Shown: in pieces, positions 21,887 to 31,185 of the stretch
Layout: the number at the start of each line of letters is the position of its first letter
How positions within the stretch are numbered: position 1 is the first letter of the stretch
Source: Rhodospirillales bacterium
GTDB taxonomy: Bacteria > Pseudomonadota > Alphaproteobacteria > Rhodospirillales > Defluviicoccaceae
Assembly: GCA_034382075.1 (NCBI GenBank)
Contig: JAXMOZ010000004.1
Span: forward strand, 5,740-69,739
Direction of reading: 5' to 3'
Length of the DNA: 64,000 nt
Notes under the pieces: generated by a model
Seen by the model: only the letters and a program-made list of their open reading frames with translations
Database searches by the model: none
Told to the model about the DNA's origin: nothing
Position numbers and translations under genes: made by a program

Positions 21887-22586
21887 GGCGGGCCTGCGTG
21901 ACCTCGCCCCGCTCGCACAGCGCGAGCAGGCCGGCGAGCCGGCGGACGGTCTCGAAGTCGATGCGGCCGTTGACCCGCTCCGGACGGAAGTGGCGCTGGA
22001 AGGCCTTGATCGCGGCGAAGCGGTCGTCGTTGGCGTAGCCGAAGGCCGACAGCATGTCCGCCACCGCGTCCGGGTCGAGGACCACCGCGTCGGCTTCGTC
22101 CGGCCACAGGCCGATCCCGTACCCGGCGAGCAGGCGCCAGTCGAACAGCTCGCCAGGGTCCATCTTCCGCGTCGGCGCCACATCGGAGTGGGCGACGACG
22201 TTGCGCGCCGGGATCTCGGGGAAGCGGGCGAGGATGTCGCCGGCGAGCTCGATCAACGCCGCCATCTGCGCCTTGGGAAACGGCCGGTAGCCGAATTCGT
22301 GGCCGGGGTTGACCAGCTCGATGCCGATGGAGCGGGCGTTGATGTCGGCCGCACCCCGCCAGGAGGCGACGCCGGCGTGCCAGGCGCGCCAGCACTCCTC
22401 GACCAGGCGGACGATGCGACCATCCTCGTCGATCAGGTAGTGAGCGCTGACGTCGACCGCCGGGTCGGCCAGCCTGGCCAGCGCCGCCTCGGCGCTCTCC
22501 ATCCCGGTGTAGTGGAGCACCAGCATGTCGATGCAGGTGCCTTCGGGCCTGGCGTCGAAGGAGGGCGAGGGGCGGTGGCGGGTCAT
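21882..22586 (-). CDS. N-acetylmuramoyl-L-alanine amidase (AmpD/Amidase_2-like) with C-terminal peptidoglycan-binding-like domain
   Basis: SPSFDARPEGTCIDMLVLHYTGM...SAHYLIDEDGRIVRLV...AWHAGVASWRG...NARSIGIELVNPGHEF...VVAHSDVAPTRKMDPG (AmpD-type Zn amidase pattern). The tail AFGYANDDRFAAIKAFQRHF resembles PG_binding_1. Confidence 0.85.
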   Translation of the reverse strand: MTRHRPSPSFDARPEGTCIDMLVLHYTGMESAEAALARLADPAVDVSAHYLIDEDGRIVRLVEECWRAWHAGVASWRGAADINARSIGIELVNPGHEFGYRPFPKAQMAALIELAGDILARFPEIPARNVVAHSDVAPTRKMDPGELFDWRLLAGYGIGLWPDEADAVVLDPDAVADMLSAFGYANDDRFAAIKAFQRHFRPERVNGRIDFETVRRLAGLLALCERGEVTQARR

Positions 22587-22593
22587 GGGAGCG

Positions 22594-23457
22594 TCAGCTT
22601 TGCGGCGGCGGCGCCGGCTTCAGGAACTGGATCATGGCCACGCCCAGGATCGTGATCGCAGCGCCGGCGACGACCTGCACCGTGATCGGCTCGCCGAGGA
22701 TCCAGACGGCGAGGCCCACGGCCAGGACCGGCGCCAGCAGGGTGAGCGGCACGATCCGGTTCAGTTGGTGCTTGCCGAGCAGATGGTACCACAGGCCGTA
22801 GGCAGTGATCGACGCTCCGACGGCCATGAACAGCACCGTTCCCCAGCCGCGCCAGCCGGCGTTCGCGATCGCCTGCAATTGGCCGTCCTCGAGCACGGCG
22901 CTTGCCGCGAACAGGATCGGCGCGCCGATCACCGCGACCCAGGCGTTGAGGACGAAGGGGCTGATGCGCCCGAGGCGCTTGATCAGGATGTTGGCGACGG
23001 CCCAGGCGAAGGCGCCGAGGACAACGAGGAGGAAGTAGAAGGGATCCGGCCGCTGGGTCGGGTCGCCGGCGAGGACGTAGACGCCGACGAAGGCGACGGC
23101 CATCCCGGCGAGCTGCAGCCAGCCCATCCGCTCGCCATAGACCATCCAGGCGAGGATCGCGCTGAAGGGCACGGTGAGTTGCCCGGCGATGGCCGCCGGC
23201 CCCGCGTGCACGCCATCGAGGCCGCTGAAGACCAGCCCGAAATGCAGGCCCCCCAAAACGACGCCGATCAGCGCGATCAGTCGCCAGCGGCGGAGCGGCA
23301 GCCTGAGGAAGGGCGCGAGGAGCGCGCCGGCGACGACGAAGCGCAACCCCAGCATCAACAGCGGCGGGAACTCGCTGAGCCCGATCTTGCCGGCGACGAA
23401 GTTGAAGGCCCAGATCACCACCACCAGCATGGTGGCAGCGAGGTCGAGGAGGCTCAT
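22594..23457 (-). CDS. EamA/DMT-family transporter
   Basis: 287-aa protein with about 10 TM segments and two EamA-like halves (AFNFVAGKIGL..., WAVANILIKRLG...). Confidence 0.85.
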   Translation of the reverse strand: MSLLDLAATMLVVVIWAFNFVAGKIGLSEFPPLLMLGLRFVVAGALLAPFLRLPLRRWRLIALIGVVLGGLHFGLVFSGLDGVHAGPAAIAGQLTVPFSAILAWMVYGERMGWLQLAGMAVAFVGVYVLAGDPTQRPDPFYFLLVVLGAFAWAVANILIKRLGRISPFVLNAWVAVIGAPILFAASAVLEDGQLQAIANAGWRGWGTVLFMAVGASITAYGLWYHLLGKHQLNRIVPLTLLAPVLAVGLAVWILGEPITVQVVAGAAITILGVAMIQFLKPAPPPQS

Positions 23458-23509
23458 GGCCGCCCGCGCCCGGTCGGGCTGCCTCGGCAGGCGGCGCTGC
23501 CGCTCATCT

Positions 23510-24247
23510 CTATCCGCGGAGCTTTTCGATCTGGTCGTAGGCGGCGTTGATCGCCGCCATCCGCCCGTTGGCGAGTTCGATGAACTCCTGCGGCATGCCC
23601 TTCGCGACCAGCATGTCCGGATGGTGTTCCCGGATCAGCCGGCGGTAGGCCGCCTTCACCTCCTCGTCGCTCGCGGCGCGCTTGACGCCGAGCACGGCGT
23701 ACGGGTCGTCGGTGACGCTCTGCGGCGACGAGCCGGCGCGGAGCCGGTCGAAGGCCGCCTCGCCGATGCCGAAGATGCCGGCGATCTGCCGCAGGTAGGC
23801 GAGTTGTGCCGGCCCCGGCTCGCCGTCGGCGCGGGCGATGTGGAACAGGCCCGCGACCAACTCCTCCAGCACCGTCGGCTGGTCGCGAAACAGCGTCTCC
23901 ACCTGGCGGGCATAGGGCTCGAAGCCGCCGGCGTCGCGCTTGGCCAGGTTGAAGATACGCCCCACCCTCGCCTTCTCCGACGGCGGGATCTGGAACACCT
24001 GCTTGAAGGCGTTCACCTCGGCGCGGCTGACCCGGCCGTCCGCCTTGGCCATCTTCGCGCCGAGGACGATGGCGGCGACGGCGAACACGGTCTGCTTCGC
24101 CGCCCGCGACGGGTTGAGGCTTCCGGCGTCGCTCTGCTCGCGAAGCTGGTCCATGGCGTGGCCGGCGAACGTGCCCACCAGGGCGCCCAGCGGTCCGCCA
24201 AAGGCGAACCCGGCCATGCCGCCGAAGACCTTGCCCCAGATCGTCAA
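23510..24247 (-). CDS. djlA: DjlA-like co-chaperone (TerB-like domain plus C-terminal J domain)
   Basis: N-terminal Gly-rich membrane segment, TerB-like core (LGAKMAKADGRVSRAEVNAF...IARADGEPGPAQLAYL) and a J domain DPYAVLGVKRAASDEEVKAAYRRLIREHHPD. Confidence 0.78.
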   Translation of the reverse strand: MTIWGKVFGGMAGFAFGGPLGALVGTFAGHAMDQLREQSDAGSLNPSRAAKQTVFAVAAIVLGAKMAKADGRVSRAEVNAFKQVFQIPPSEKARVGRIFNLAKRDAGGFEPYARQVETLFRDQPTVLEELVAGLFHIARADGEPGPAQLAYLRQIAGIFGIGEAAFDRLRAGSSPQSVTDDPYAVLGVKRAASDEEVKAAYRRLIREHHPDMLVAKGMPQEFIELANGRMAAINAAYDQIEKLRG

Positions 24248-24474
24248 TGGAGTTGACCTCTAAGCCGGGCAGGGCGCCCCGCTCCTTTCGGCAACATAAC
24301 CGCAACACCTGGAGCGCGCCACTTGCTCATCGTCTTCCAGACTCTGCCGGCGGCACCGGGTTCGGCCTCGGCAGGTCCACCTTCACCTTTTGCCCGAACC
24401 GCCCGATAGTCGGCCGTGCAAGCGCGCCGGCGGAGGCGCGCCTGCGGTCAAACCAGCAAGGGGCGAGCGGCGCG

Positions 24475-25341
24475 ATGGACGAGACGATGAGCGGCAAGGC
24501 CTGCCTGATCACCGGCGGCACCGGCGGGATCGGCCTCGTCACCGCCCGCGCGCTGGCGCGCCGCGGCGCCGACGTGATGATCGTTGGCCGCAACCCGGAG
24601 GCCGGGGCGGCCGCCGTCGCCGAGCTCCGGCGCGCGGGTGCGGGCGGCACGGTGGAGTTCGTCGCCGCCGACCTGTCGCGGCAGAGCGAGGTGCGCAGGC
24701 TCGCGGCACTCGCCGCTGACCGGTTCGGCCGCCTCGACGTGCTCATCAACAACGCCGGCGGCATGTTCCGCAGGCGGACGCTCAGCGCCGACGGCATCGA
24801 GATGACCTTCGCGCTCAACCATCTCGCCTACTTCCTCTTGAGCGATCTGCTGCTGCCGGCTCTCCGGGCCTCGGGCCGGGCGCGGATCGTCAACGTCGCC
24901 TCGGGGGCGCACCGCGGCGTGGCCCTGCGCTTCGACGATCTCCAGTCGGAGCGCGGCTACGTCGGCGGCTGGTCCGTCTACAAGCGCTCGAAGCTCGCCA
25001 ACCTGCTTTTCACCTACGAGTTCGCCCGGCGGATCGAGGGCGGGCCGGTCTGCGTCAACGCCCTCCATCCCGGCTTCGTCGCCACCGACATCGGGGTGCG
25101 CAACAAGCTGGTGCCAAGCTGGCTCTGGCGGCTGGTGTCGCTCGCCGCGATCTCGCCGGAGGAGGGAGCGAGGACCAGCACCCACGTCGCCGCGAGCGGC
25201 GAGGTCGAGGGCGTCCACGGCAAGTATTTCGTCAGGTGCCGGCCCGCGCAATCTTCGCCGCAGTCATATGACGTGGACGCCGCCAGGCGCCTCTGGAGCG
25301 TCAGCGAGGCGATGACGGCGGCACCTCGCGCCGCTGCCTGA
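24475..25341 (+). CDS. Short-chain dehydrogenase/reductase (SDR)
   Basis: MDETMSGKACLITGGTGGIGLVTARALARRGADVMIVGRN (TGxxxGIG), NNAG, and YKRSK (YxxxK). Start taken at ATG 24475; the upstream 76 codons of the track ORF look non-coding. Confidence 0.85.
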   Translation: MDETMSGKACLITGGTGGIGLVTARALARRGADVMIVGRNPEAGAAAVAELRRAGAGGTVEFVAADLSRQSEVRRLAALAADRFGRLDVLINNAGGMFRRRTLSADGIEMTFALNHLAYFLLSDLLLPALRASGRARIVNVASGAHRGVALRFDDLQSERGYVGGWSVYKRSKLANLLFTYEFARRIEGGPVCVNALHPGFVATDIGVRNKLVPSWLWRLVSLAAISPEEGARTSTHVAASGEVEGVHGKYFVRCRPAQSSPQSYDVDAARRLWSVSEAMTAAPRAAA

Positions 25342-25344
25342 GGC

Positions 25345-25749
25345 TCAGCGGGCAGAGCCTGTTTCGATGTAGGCGCGGAACTCGGCGGCGCTGACGCCGA
25401 CGTCGTCATCGGCATCCGCCTTGTCGAACTGGCTGAACGGCGCCTGGTTGAACTCGTAGCCGGAAATGGCCGCGTCCTTGTTCAGGTCCGCCTCGCTGAA
25501 GGCCTGTTGCGGCACCCCGGGAAGCTCGCCGCGGCTCAACTGCAGGTTCTCGTCGCTGTCGCGCAGGGTGAAGACCGCCATCTTCCGGCTCTGCCACTCG
25601 GCGCGGTCGATCTGGCCGTTGCCGTCCACGTCGAGCAGGCCGAAGGCGTCCTCGGTGGTTTTTGCTCCGCTGGCGGGTGCACCGATCGCTGCGCCTCCGC
25701 CGATGAGGAGAAGAACCGGGAGAGTGCCGAGCAGTGTGCGCAGGGTCAT
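25345..25749 (-). CDS. Secreted EF-hand calcium-binding protein
   Basis: MTLRTLLGTLPVLLLIGGGAAIGAPA signal peptide, then three EF-hand-like loops: DVDGNGQIDRAEW, DLNKDAAISGYEF, DADDDVGVSAAEF. Confidence 0.7.
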   Translation of the reverse strand: MTLRTLLGTLPVLLLIGGGAAIGAPASGAKTTEDAFGLLDVDGNGQIDRAEWQSRKMAVFTLRDSDENLQLSRGELPGVPQQAFSEADLNKDAAISGYEFNQAPFSQFDKADADDDVGVSAAEFRAYIETGSAR

Positions 25750-25934
25750 CGTCTTGGTCCGTCGCGGGGAGCCGGCTTGGGCCGGATCCGCCATCATCAT
25801 CGGCAGGCCGGCTCCGCGCAACGCCTCGCGTCTGGTCCGGGCCTCCTTTGCTTGTCATCGTGTTCCTTGTCATTGTCCCGCCACGGCCGGAGGTCTACAT
25901 CCGCGGCCATGAGCACCGGCGGACGCGACTTGAG

Positions 25935-26426
25935 GTGAGCGGCTGGAGGCCCGGGCCGCGGTCGTTGGGCGAGGCCGTTGCCGCGCTCACCCGCCCGATC
26001 GTCGGCAAGCGCGGCTTCGTCCGCGGCGGGCTCGTCGCCGAGTGGGAGACCATCGTCGGCGAGCGGCTGGCAGCGAGCAGCTTTCCCGAGCGGGTCAGCT
26101 ATCCGCCGAAGCAGAGCCAGAACGGCACGCTGCATCTGCGCGTGGCCTCCGGCAGCCTGGCGATGGAGCTGCAGCATCTCGAGCCGCAACTGATCGAGAA
26201 GATCAACGGCTACCTCGGCTATGACGCCATCGCCCGGGTCCGGCTGATCCAAGGCCCGATCCCGCAAGCGCAGCGTCCTGCCGCCCGGCCGCTGCCGCCG
26301 CGGCCGCTGAGCGAGGAGGAGGAGGCCGTCCTGGCGCACCGCCTCGCGGGCGTCGGCGATCCCGAGCTCCGCGCGGCCCTTGCCGCGCTCGGCCGGGCGG
26401 TGATGACGAGGCGCCCGTCCTCGTAA
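25935..26426 (+). CDS. DUF721-family protein
   Basis: GEAVAALTRPIVGKRGFVRGGLVAEWETIVGERLAASSFPERVSY...GTLHLRVASGSLAMELQHLEPQLIEKINGYLGYDAI, as in alphaproteobacterial DUF721 proteins. No in-frame ATG, so GTG 25935 is the best available start. Confidence 0.7.
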   Translation: MSGWRPGPRSLGEAVAALTRPIVGKRGFVRGGLVAEWETIVGERLAASSFPERVSYPPKQSQNGTLHLRVASGSLAMELQHLEPQLIEKINGYLGYDAIARVRLIQGPIPQAQRPAARPLPPRPLSEEEEAVLAHRLAGVGDPELRAALAALGRAVMTRRPSS

Positions 26427-26506
26427 GCGCCGAGGGCGCCGGCTGCTTGTACGGGTCGCTTGTCACGGCTATAGTGGCCCAACATCTAGTGGTAGAGGGG
26501 GCGGTT

Positions 26507-27121
26507 TTGCGCCACGTTGCACAACTAGTTGCGATCTTCGTCATGGCTCTGGTCGCCCTCGGCGCCGGCCCCGCGCCGGCCTCGGCCGCCGAAGGGACGC
26601 TCACCGAGACGGCGCTGGGCGATCCGAACGCGCCGGTGACGATCATCGAGTACTCGTCGCTCACCTGCCCCCACTGCGCCGCCTTCCACCGCGACACCCT
26701 GCCCCAGGTCAAAACCAGCTACATCGACACCGGCAAGGTTCGCTTCGTCTACCGCGACTTCCCGCTGGGCAAGCTGGCGCTGGCGGCCGCGGTCGTCGGC
26801 CGCTGCGTCGATCCCTCCCGCCATTTCGCCTTCATCGACATGCTCTACCGCGACCAGGACGCCTGGAGCCAAAGCCGCGATCCGCTCGCCGAGCTCAAGC
26901 TCCGCGCCCAACTCGCCGGCCTCAGCGACAGCCAGTTCGAGGCCTGCCTCGGTAACAAGCCGTTGATCCAGGCGGTGCAGCAGCGGGCGCAGGAGGGTCA
27001 GCAGCAGTACGCGATCGATTCGACCCCGTCCTTCATCGTCAATGGCAAGAAGATCTCGGGCGAGCAGAGCTTCGAGGCCTTCAGCAAGGCGATCGACACG
27101 GCCTTGGCCGAAGCCGGCTGA
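26507..27121 (+). CDS. DsbA-family thiol:disulfide oxidoreductase (periplasmic)
   Basis: Signal peptide (M)RHVAQLVAIFVMALVALGAGPAPASA and thioredoxin-fold CPHC motif (YSSLTCPHCAAFH). TTG 26507 has GAGGGGG upstream; 26447, 26474 and 26543 are alternative starts. Confidence 0.8.
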   Translation: MRHVAQLVAIFVMALVALGAGPAPASAAEGTLTETALGDPNAPVTIIEYSSLTCPHCAAFHRDTLPQVKTSYIDTGKVRFVYRDFPLGKLALAAAVVGRCVDPSRHFAFIDMLYRDQDAWSQSRDPLAELKLRAQLAGLSDSQFEACLGNKPLIQAVQQRAQEGQQQYAIDSTPSFIVNGKKISGEQSFEAFSKAIDTALAEAG

Positions 27122-27143
27122 GCATCGTCCGGCGGCGATCATC

Positions 27144-30100
27144 GTGCTGCAGTTCACCAAGCTGCGTCTCAGCGGCTTCAAGTCCTTCGTGGAGCCGGCC
27201 GAGGTCGAGATCGCGCCGGGGCTGACCGGCATCGTCGGCCCCAACGGCTGCGGCAAATCGAACCTGGTCGAGGCGCTGCGCTGGGTCATGGGCGAAAGCT
27301 CGGCCCGGCAGATGCGCGCCGGCGAGATGGAAGACGTCATCTTCGGCGGCAGCGGCGGCCGGCCGTCCCGGGCGCTGGCGGAGGTGGCGGTCTCCATGCG
27401 CGGGGCCGCGCACACGGTTCCGGCGGTGCTGGTCGGCCGGCGCGACCCCAGCGCCGAGGCCGGCGACGTCGAGGTCGAGATCCGCCGCCGGATCGAGCGC
27501 GGGAAGGGCTCGAGCTACCGGGTCAACGGCCGCGAGGCGCGGGCCCGTGACGTTCAGCTGCTGTTCGCCGACGCGGCCTCGGGCGCGCGCTCGGCGGCGA
27601 TGGTCACCCAGGGGCAGGTCGGCGAGCTGATCCTGGCGCGGCCGGCGGAACGCCGGCTGCTGCTCGACGAGGCGGCCGGGATCAGCGGCCTGCATCCCCG
27701 CCGCCACGAGGCCGAACTCAGGCTGCGGGCGGCGGAGGCGAATCTCGCCCGGCTGGACGACGTGTTGGCCACGCTGGCTGCGCAGCTCGAAAACCTGCGC
27801 AAGCACGCCCGCCAGGCCGCCCGCTACCGCACCCTCTGCGAGCAGATTCGCAAGGTGGAGGCCGGGATCCTTCGGGCTCGGTGGCAGGCGGCGGCGACCG
27901 AGGTCGAAGCCGGAGAGCGAAGGCTGGCTTCGGCCGAGACCGGCGTGGCCGAGGCTGTGGCCGCCGCCGCGGCCTGTTCCACCACCCAGGCCGAGGCGGC
28001 GGCGGCGCTTCCCGAGTTACGCGCGGCAGCCACGGAGGCCATTGCGGCGCTGCAGGCGCTGGAGCTGGACCGGGAGCGGCTGGAGGACGAGGCAAGGCGG
28101 GGCGAAGCCGAACGCGACGCCTGCCTGAAGCGCCTGGAGCAGGCCGGGAAAGACTTGGCCCGGGCCAAAGCTCTGGGAGGGGACGCCGAGGCGACCGTCC
28201 GAAGGCTGGAGGCCGAGCGCGAACGCCTGCTCGCCGCCGCGGACGGCGAGGACGTCGCGCGGGGTCGGCTGGAGGCGGGGGCCGCTGCCGCCACCGCGGC
28301 GGTCGCCGATCTCGACCGCCGGCTGATGGACGTGGGCGAGCGGCTCGCGGCGGAGGAGGCTCAGCGGGCGGGGCTGGCGCGCAGCCTCGCCGATCTCGAC
28401 GGCGCCCTGCGCCGGCTGGATCAGCGGGCGGCGGAGGCCGAGCGCCAGCGCCTTGTGCTCGACGCCGAGGCGCGAGGGCTGCCGGATCCGGACGCCGCCG
28501 AGGCAGCGGCGACGGCCGCGGAGGCCCTGCTGGCGCAGGCCCGGGCGGACGGCGATGCCGCGGCCGAGCGCGCCCGCACGCTTGCCGCGGCGGCGGCCTC
28601 TGCCCGAGACGAGTTGCAGCGGGCGGACGCAGAGCGCCGGGCGCTGAGCGGCGAGATCGCGACCCTGGAGAAGGTGCTGCGGGCGACCACCGGGAGTGGC
28701 GCGGGCTCGCGGCTGATCGACGCGCTCGAGGCCGAACCGGGCTTCGAGGCGGCGCTGGCGGCGGCATTCGGCGACGAGCTGTTGGCGTCCGTCGATCCGG
28801 CGCAGCCGGCGCACTGGCGCGAACTGCCGGCGCTTGCGGATGGGAACCCGCTGCCTCCCGGCGCCGAGCCGCTGTCGGCAAGGGTGCGAGGGCCCGCGGC
28901 GGCGGAGCGCAGGCTGAGCCAGACCGGGCTCATCGCCGATCCCGGCCAGGGCCAGGCGCTGCAGCCGATGCTGCGCCCGGGGCAGTGCCTGGTCGGCCGC
29001 GACGGCGGGCTGTGGCGATGGGACGGCTTCACCCTTCTCCCCCAGGCGCCGAGCAAGGCCGCGGTCCTGCTCGAACAGCGCAACCGGCTCGCCGCTCTGC
29101 GCGCCGACCTGGCCGCGGGCGAGGCCGCGTACTCGGCGTTAAGCGACCGCGCCGGCGAGGCCGCTGCCGCCGCCGCGACCGCCGGGGATGCGGAGAAAGC
29201 CGCCCGCAACGCGCTCAAGACCGCCGAGGCTGGCTGGCATCGCGCCCGCGATGCCCTTGCCGAGGCCAGGCAGGCCGCCGCCCGGATCGGAGCCAGGCTT
29301 GCCGTCGCCGCCGAGGCCGCCGCGGCCGTAGCCGCCGAGCGCGCCGAAGTCTCCCGTCGCCGCGAGGACGTCGCCGCGGCGCTGGCGGAAGCGCCGGACC
29401 CCACCGCCCGGCGGCAGAGCCGGGAGCGTCTTCGCCAGGAGCTGGGCCAAGCCCGCGAGCGCGAGCGCGAGGCACGCGCCGCGCTCGATGCCCAGGCCCG
29501 CGAGGTCCACGGCCGGCGCCGGCGGATCGAGGCGATCGGCCGCGACCTCGCCGGCTGGAGCGGCCGGCGAGACGAGGCCCTTGCCCAGATCGAGGAGCTC
29601 GACCGGCGCGAACGGGCGGAGCGGAGCGCGCTGGCGGAGCTGGAGGCGCAGCCGGCCCGGATCGCCGGCCGCCGGGCAGCGCTGCTCGACGCGCTGGAGG
29701 CAGCGTCGGCCAAGCGCCGGCAAACCGGCGATGCCGCCGCCACGGCGGAGGCGGCCTCGACCGAGGCGGACCGGGCGCTTCGGGCCGCGGAACGGCGGCT
29801 TGCGGAGGCGCGGGAAGAGCGGGTGCGGGCGGAGGCGGCGCGTGGCGAGGCCGAGCGGGTGCGCCGGGAGACGGCGCTCCTGATCGCCGAGCGCCTCGGC
29901 GTCGAGCCGGAGGCGCTGGCGGACCTTGGTCCGGCGGAGGCCATGGCGCCTGCCGGCGGCGAGGTGGAGGCCGGCGAGCGGCGGCTCGAGCGGCTCAAGC
30001 GCGAACGCGAGACCATGGGGCCGGTCAACCTCCGCGCCGACGAGGAGGCGGCGGAGGTCGGCGCCCGGATCGAGGATCTGAACGCCCAGCGCCACGACCT

Positions 30101-30638
30101 GACGCTGGCCATCGCCAAGCTGCGCCGCGGCATCGCCGATCTGGACCGGGAGGGGCGGGAGCGGCTTTCGGCCTCGTTCGCCGAGGTCGATGCGCACTTC
30201 CGCGAGCTGTTCACCCGGTTGTTCGGCGGCGGCCGGGCGCACCTGGCCCTGACCGACGCCGACGATCCGCTGGAGGCCGGCCTCGAGATCATGGCCTGCC
30301 CGCCGGGGAAGAAGCTGCAGGCGCTCTCGCTCCTGTCCGGCGGCGAGCAGGTGCTGACGGCGCTGGCGCTCCGCTTCGCCGTGTTCCTCACCAACCCGGC
30401 GCCGATCTGCGTCCTCGACGAGGTCGACGCGCCGCTCGACGACGCCAACGTTGACCGCTTCTGCCGGCTTCTGGCGGAGATGGCGGACGGCGGCACCCGC
30501 TTCCTGGTCATCACCCATCACCGGATGACCATGGCCCGGATGGACCGGCTGTTCGGCGTGACCATGGCCGAGCGGGGCGTCTCCGAGCTCGTCTCCGTCG
30601 ACCTCCGCCGCGCCGAGGAGCTTCGCGAGACGGCCTGA
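27144..30638 (+). CDS. smc: Chromosome partition protein Smc
   Basis: VLQFTKLRLSGFKSFVEPAEVEIAPGLTGIVGPNGCGKSNLVEALRWV (Walker A), very long Ala/Glu/Arg coiled coils, LSGGEQ signature and Walker B CVLDEVDAPLDD. GTG start at 27144. Confidence 0.93.
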   Translation: MLQFTKLRLSGFKSFVEPAEVEIAPGLTGIVGPNGCGKSNLVEALRWVMGESSARQMRAGEMEDVIFGGSGGRPSRALAEVAVSMRGAAHTVPAVLVGRRDPSAEAGDVEVEIRRRIERGKGSSYRVNGREARARDVQLLFADAASGARSAAMVTQGQVGELILARPAERRLLLDEAAGISGLHPRRHEAELRLRAAEANLARLDDVLATLAAQLENLRKHARQAARYRTLCEQIRKVEAGILRARWQAAATEVEAGERRLASAETGVAEAVAAAAACSTTQAEAAAALPELRAAATEAIAALQALELDRERLEDEARRGEAERDACLKRLEQAGKDLARAKALGGDAEATVRRLEAERERLLAAADGEDVARGRLEAGAAAATAAVADLDRRLMDVGERLAAEEAQRAGLARSLADLDGALRRLDQRAAEAERQRLVLDAEARGLPDPDAAEAAATAAEALLAQARADGDAAAERARTLAAAAASARDELQRADAERRALSGEIATLEKVLRATTGSGAGSRLIDALEAEPGFEAALAAAFGDELLASVDPAQPAHWRELPALADGNPLPPGAEPLSARVRGPAAAERRLSQTGLIADPGQGQALQPMLRPGQCLVGRDGGLWRWDGFTLLPQAPSKAAVLLEQRNRLAALRADLAAGEAAYSALSDRAGEAAAAAATAGDAEKAARNALKTAEAGWHRARDALAEARQAAARIGARLAVAAEAAAAVAAERAEVSRRREDVAAALAEAPDPTARRQSRERLRQELGQAREREREARAALDAQAREVHGRRRRIEAIGRDLAGWSGRRDEALAQIEELDRRERAERSALAELEAQPARIAGRRAALLDALEAASAKRRQTGDAAATAEAASTEADRALRAAERRLAEAREERVRAEAARGEAERVRRETALLIAERLGVEPEALADLGPAEAMAPAGGEVEAGERRLERLKRERETMGPVNLRADEEAAEVGARIEDLNAQRHDLTLAIAKLRRGIADLDREGRERLSASFAEVDAHFRELFTRLFGGGRAHLALTDADDPLEAGLEIMACPPGKKLQALSLLSGGEQVLTALALRFAVFLTNPAPICVLDEVDAPLDDANVDRFCRLLAEMADGGTRFLVITHHRMTMARMDRLFGVTMAERGVSELVSVDLRRAEELRETA

Positions 30639-30710
30639 GCCGAGGCGTAGCCGCCAACATTATCAGTCGCTTAGCGGCGGAAAGCACGCACCGCGGGTAG
30701 GGCTTTGCGC

Positions 30711-30739
30711 TTGACAGCCGCGAGAAGCCGCTTCTATGG
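30711..30739 (+). promoter_or_regulatory. Candidate sigma70-type promoter of the F0 (atpI-B-E-F'-F) operon
   Basis: TTGACA (30711..30716)-17 nt-CTATGG (30734..30739), about 50 nt upstream of the atpI start. Sequence match only. Confidence 0.35.
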
Positions 30740-30790
30740 TGCCTTTCGTCCGTGGCTCGGTTGCAGCCGTGGGCATCGAGCAAACGGTTG

Positions 30791-31180
30791 ATGAGCGATG
30801 ATCCGCCGCCCTCGCGCCTGAGGGATTTCGACGAGCGGCTGAAGCAGTTTCGGGACCGGGTCGACGCCGGGGTGCCGAAGACGGCTGCCGATGAGCCATC
30901 GAGCGGGCTGGGGATCGCGTTCACGGCGACCACCTACCTGGTGACAGGGATCGCGGTGGGCGCCGGGCTCGGCTGGATGCTCGACGCCTGGCTGGGCACG
31001 AGCCCTGGGCTGTTCGTCGTGTTCTTCTTCCTCGGCGCCGCGTCCGGGATCCTCAACGTCTACCGGATGAGCAAGGGGATGGGCATGGCGGTGGGCTACC
31101 GGCCCGCGGGCGGCGACGCCGCGGCGGGCGGTGAAAAAAACGAAAAGCCGACCAACGGGCGGCGGGAAGAGGGGCGATAG
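30791..31180 (+). CDS. atpI: ATP synthase protein I (AtpI)
   Basis: MSDDPPPSRLRDFDERLKQFRDR... followed by two TM segments (GIAFTATTYLVTGIAVGAGLGWMLD, LFVVFFFLGAASGILNVY), directly upstream of atpB. 30752 is an alternative start. Confidence 0.7.
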   Translation: MSDDPPPSRLRDFDERLKQFRDRVDAGVPKTAADEPSSGLGIAFTATTYLVTGIAVGAGLGWMLDAWLGTSPGLFVVFFFLGAASGILNVYRMSKGMGMAVGYRPAGGDAAAGGEKNEKPTNGRREEGR

Positions 31181-31185
31181 CGGCC

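Noticed and set aside
25851-25873. Direct repeat CTTGTCAT x2 (15-bp period) between the EF-hand gene and the DUF721 gene
   Set aside because: Too short, and without a recognisable regulator consensus (it is not a CtrA TTAA-N7-TTAA box). It could easily arise by chance.
27881-30514. 857-aa (+) and 697-aa (-) ORFs inside smc
   Set aside because: Extremely Arg/Gly/Pro/Ala/Ser-rich, in alternative frames of the smc coiled-coil region.
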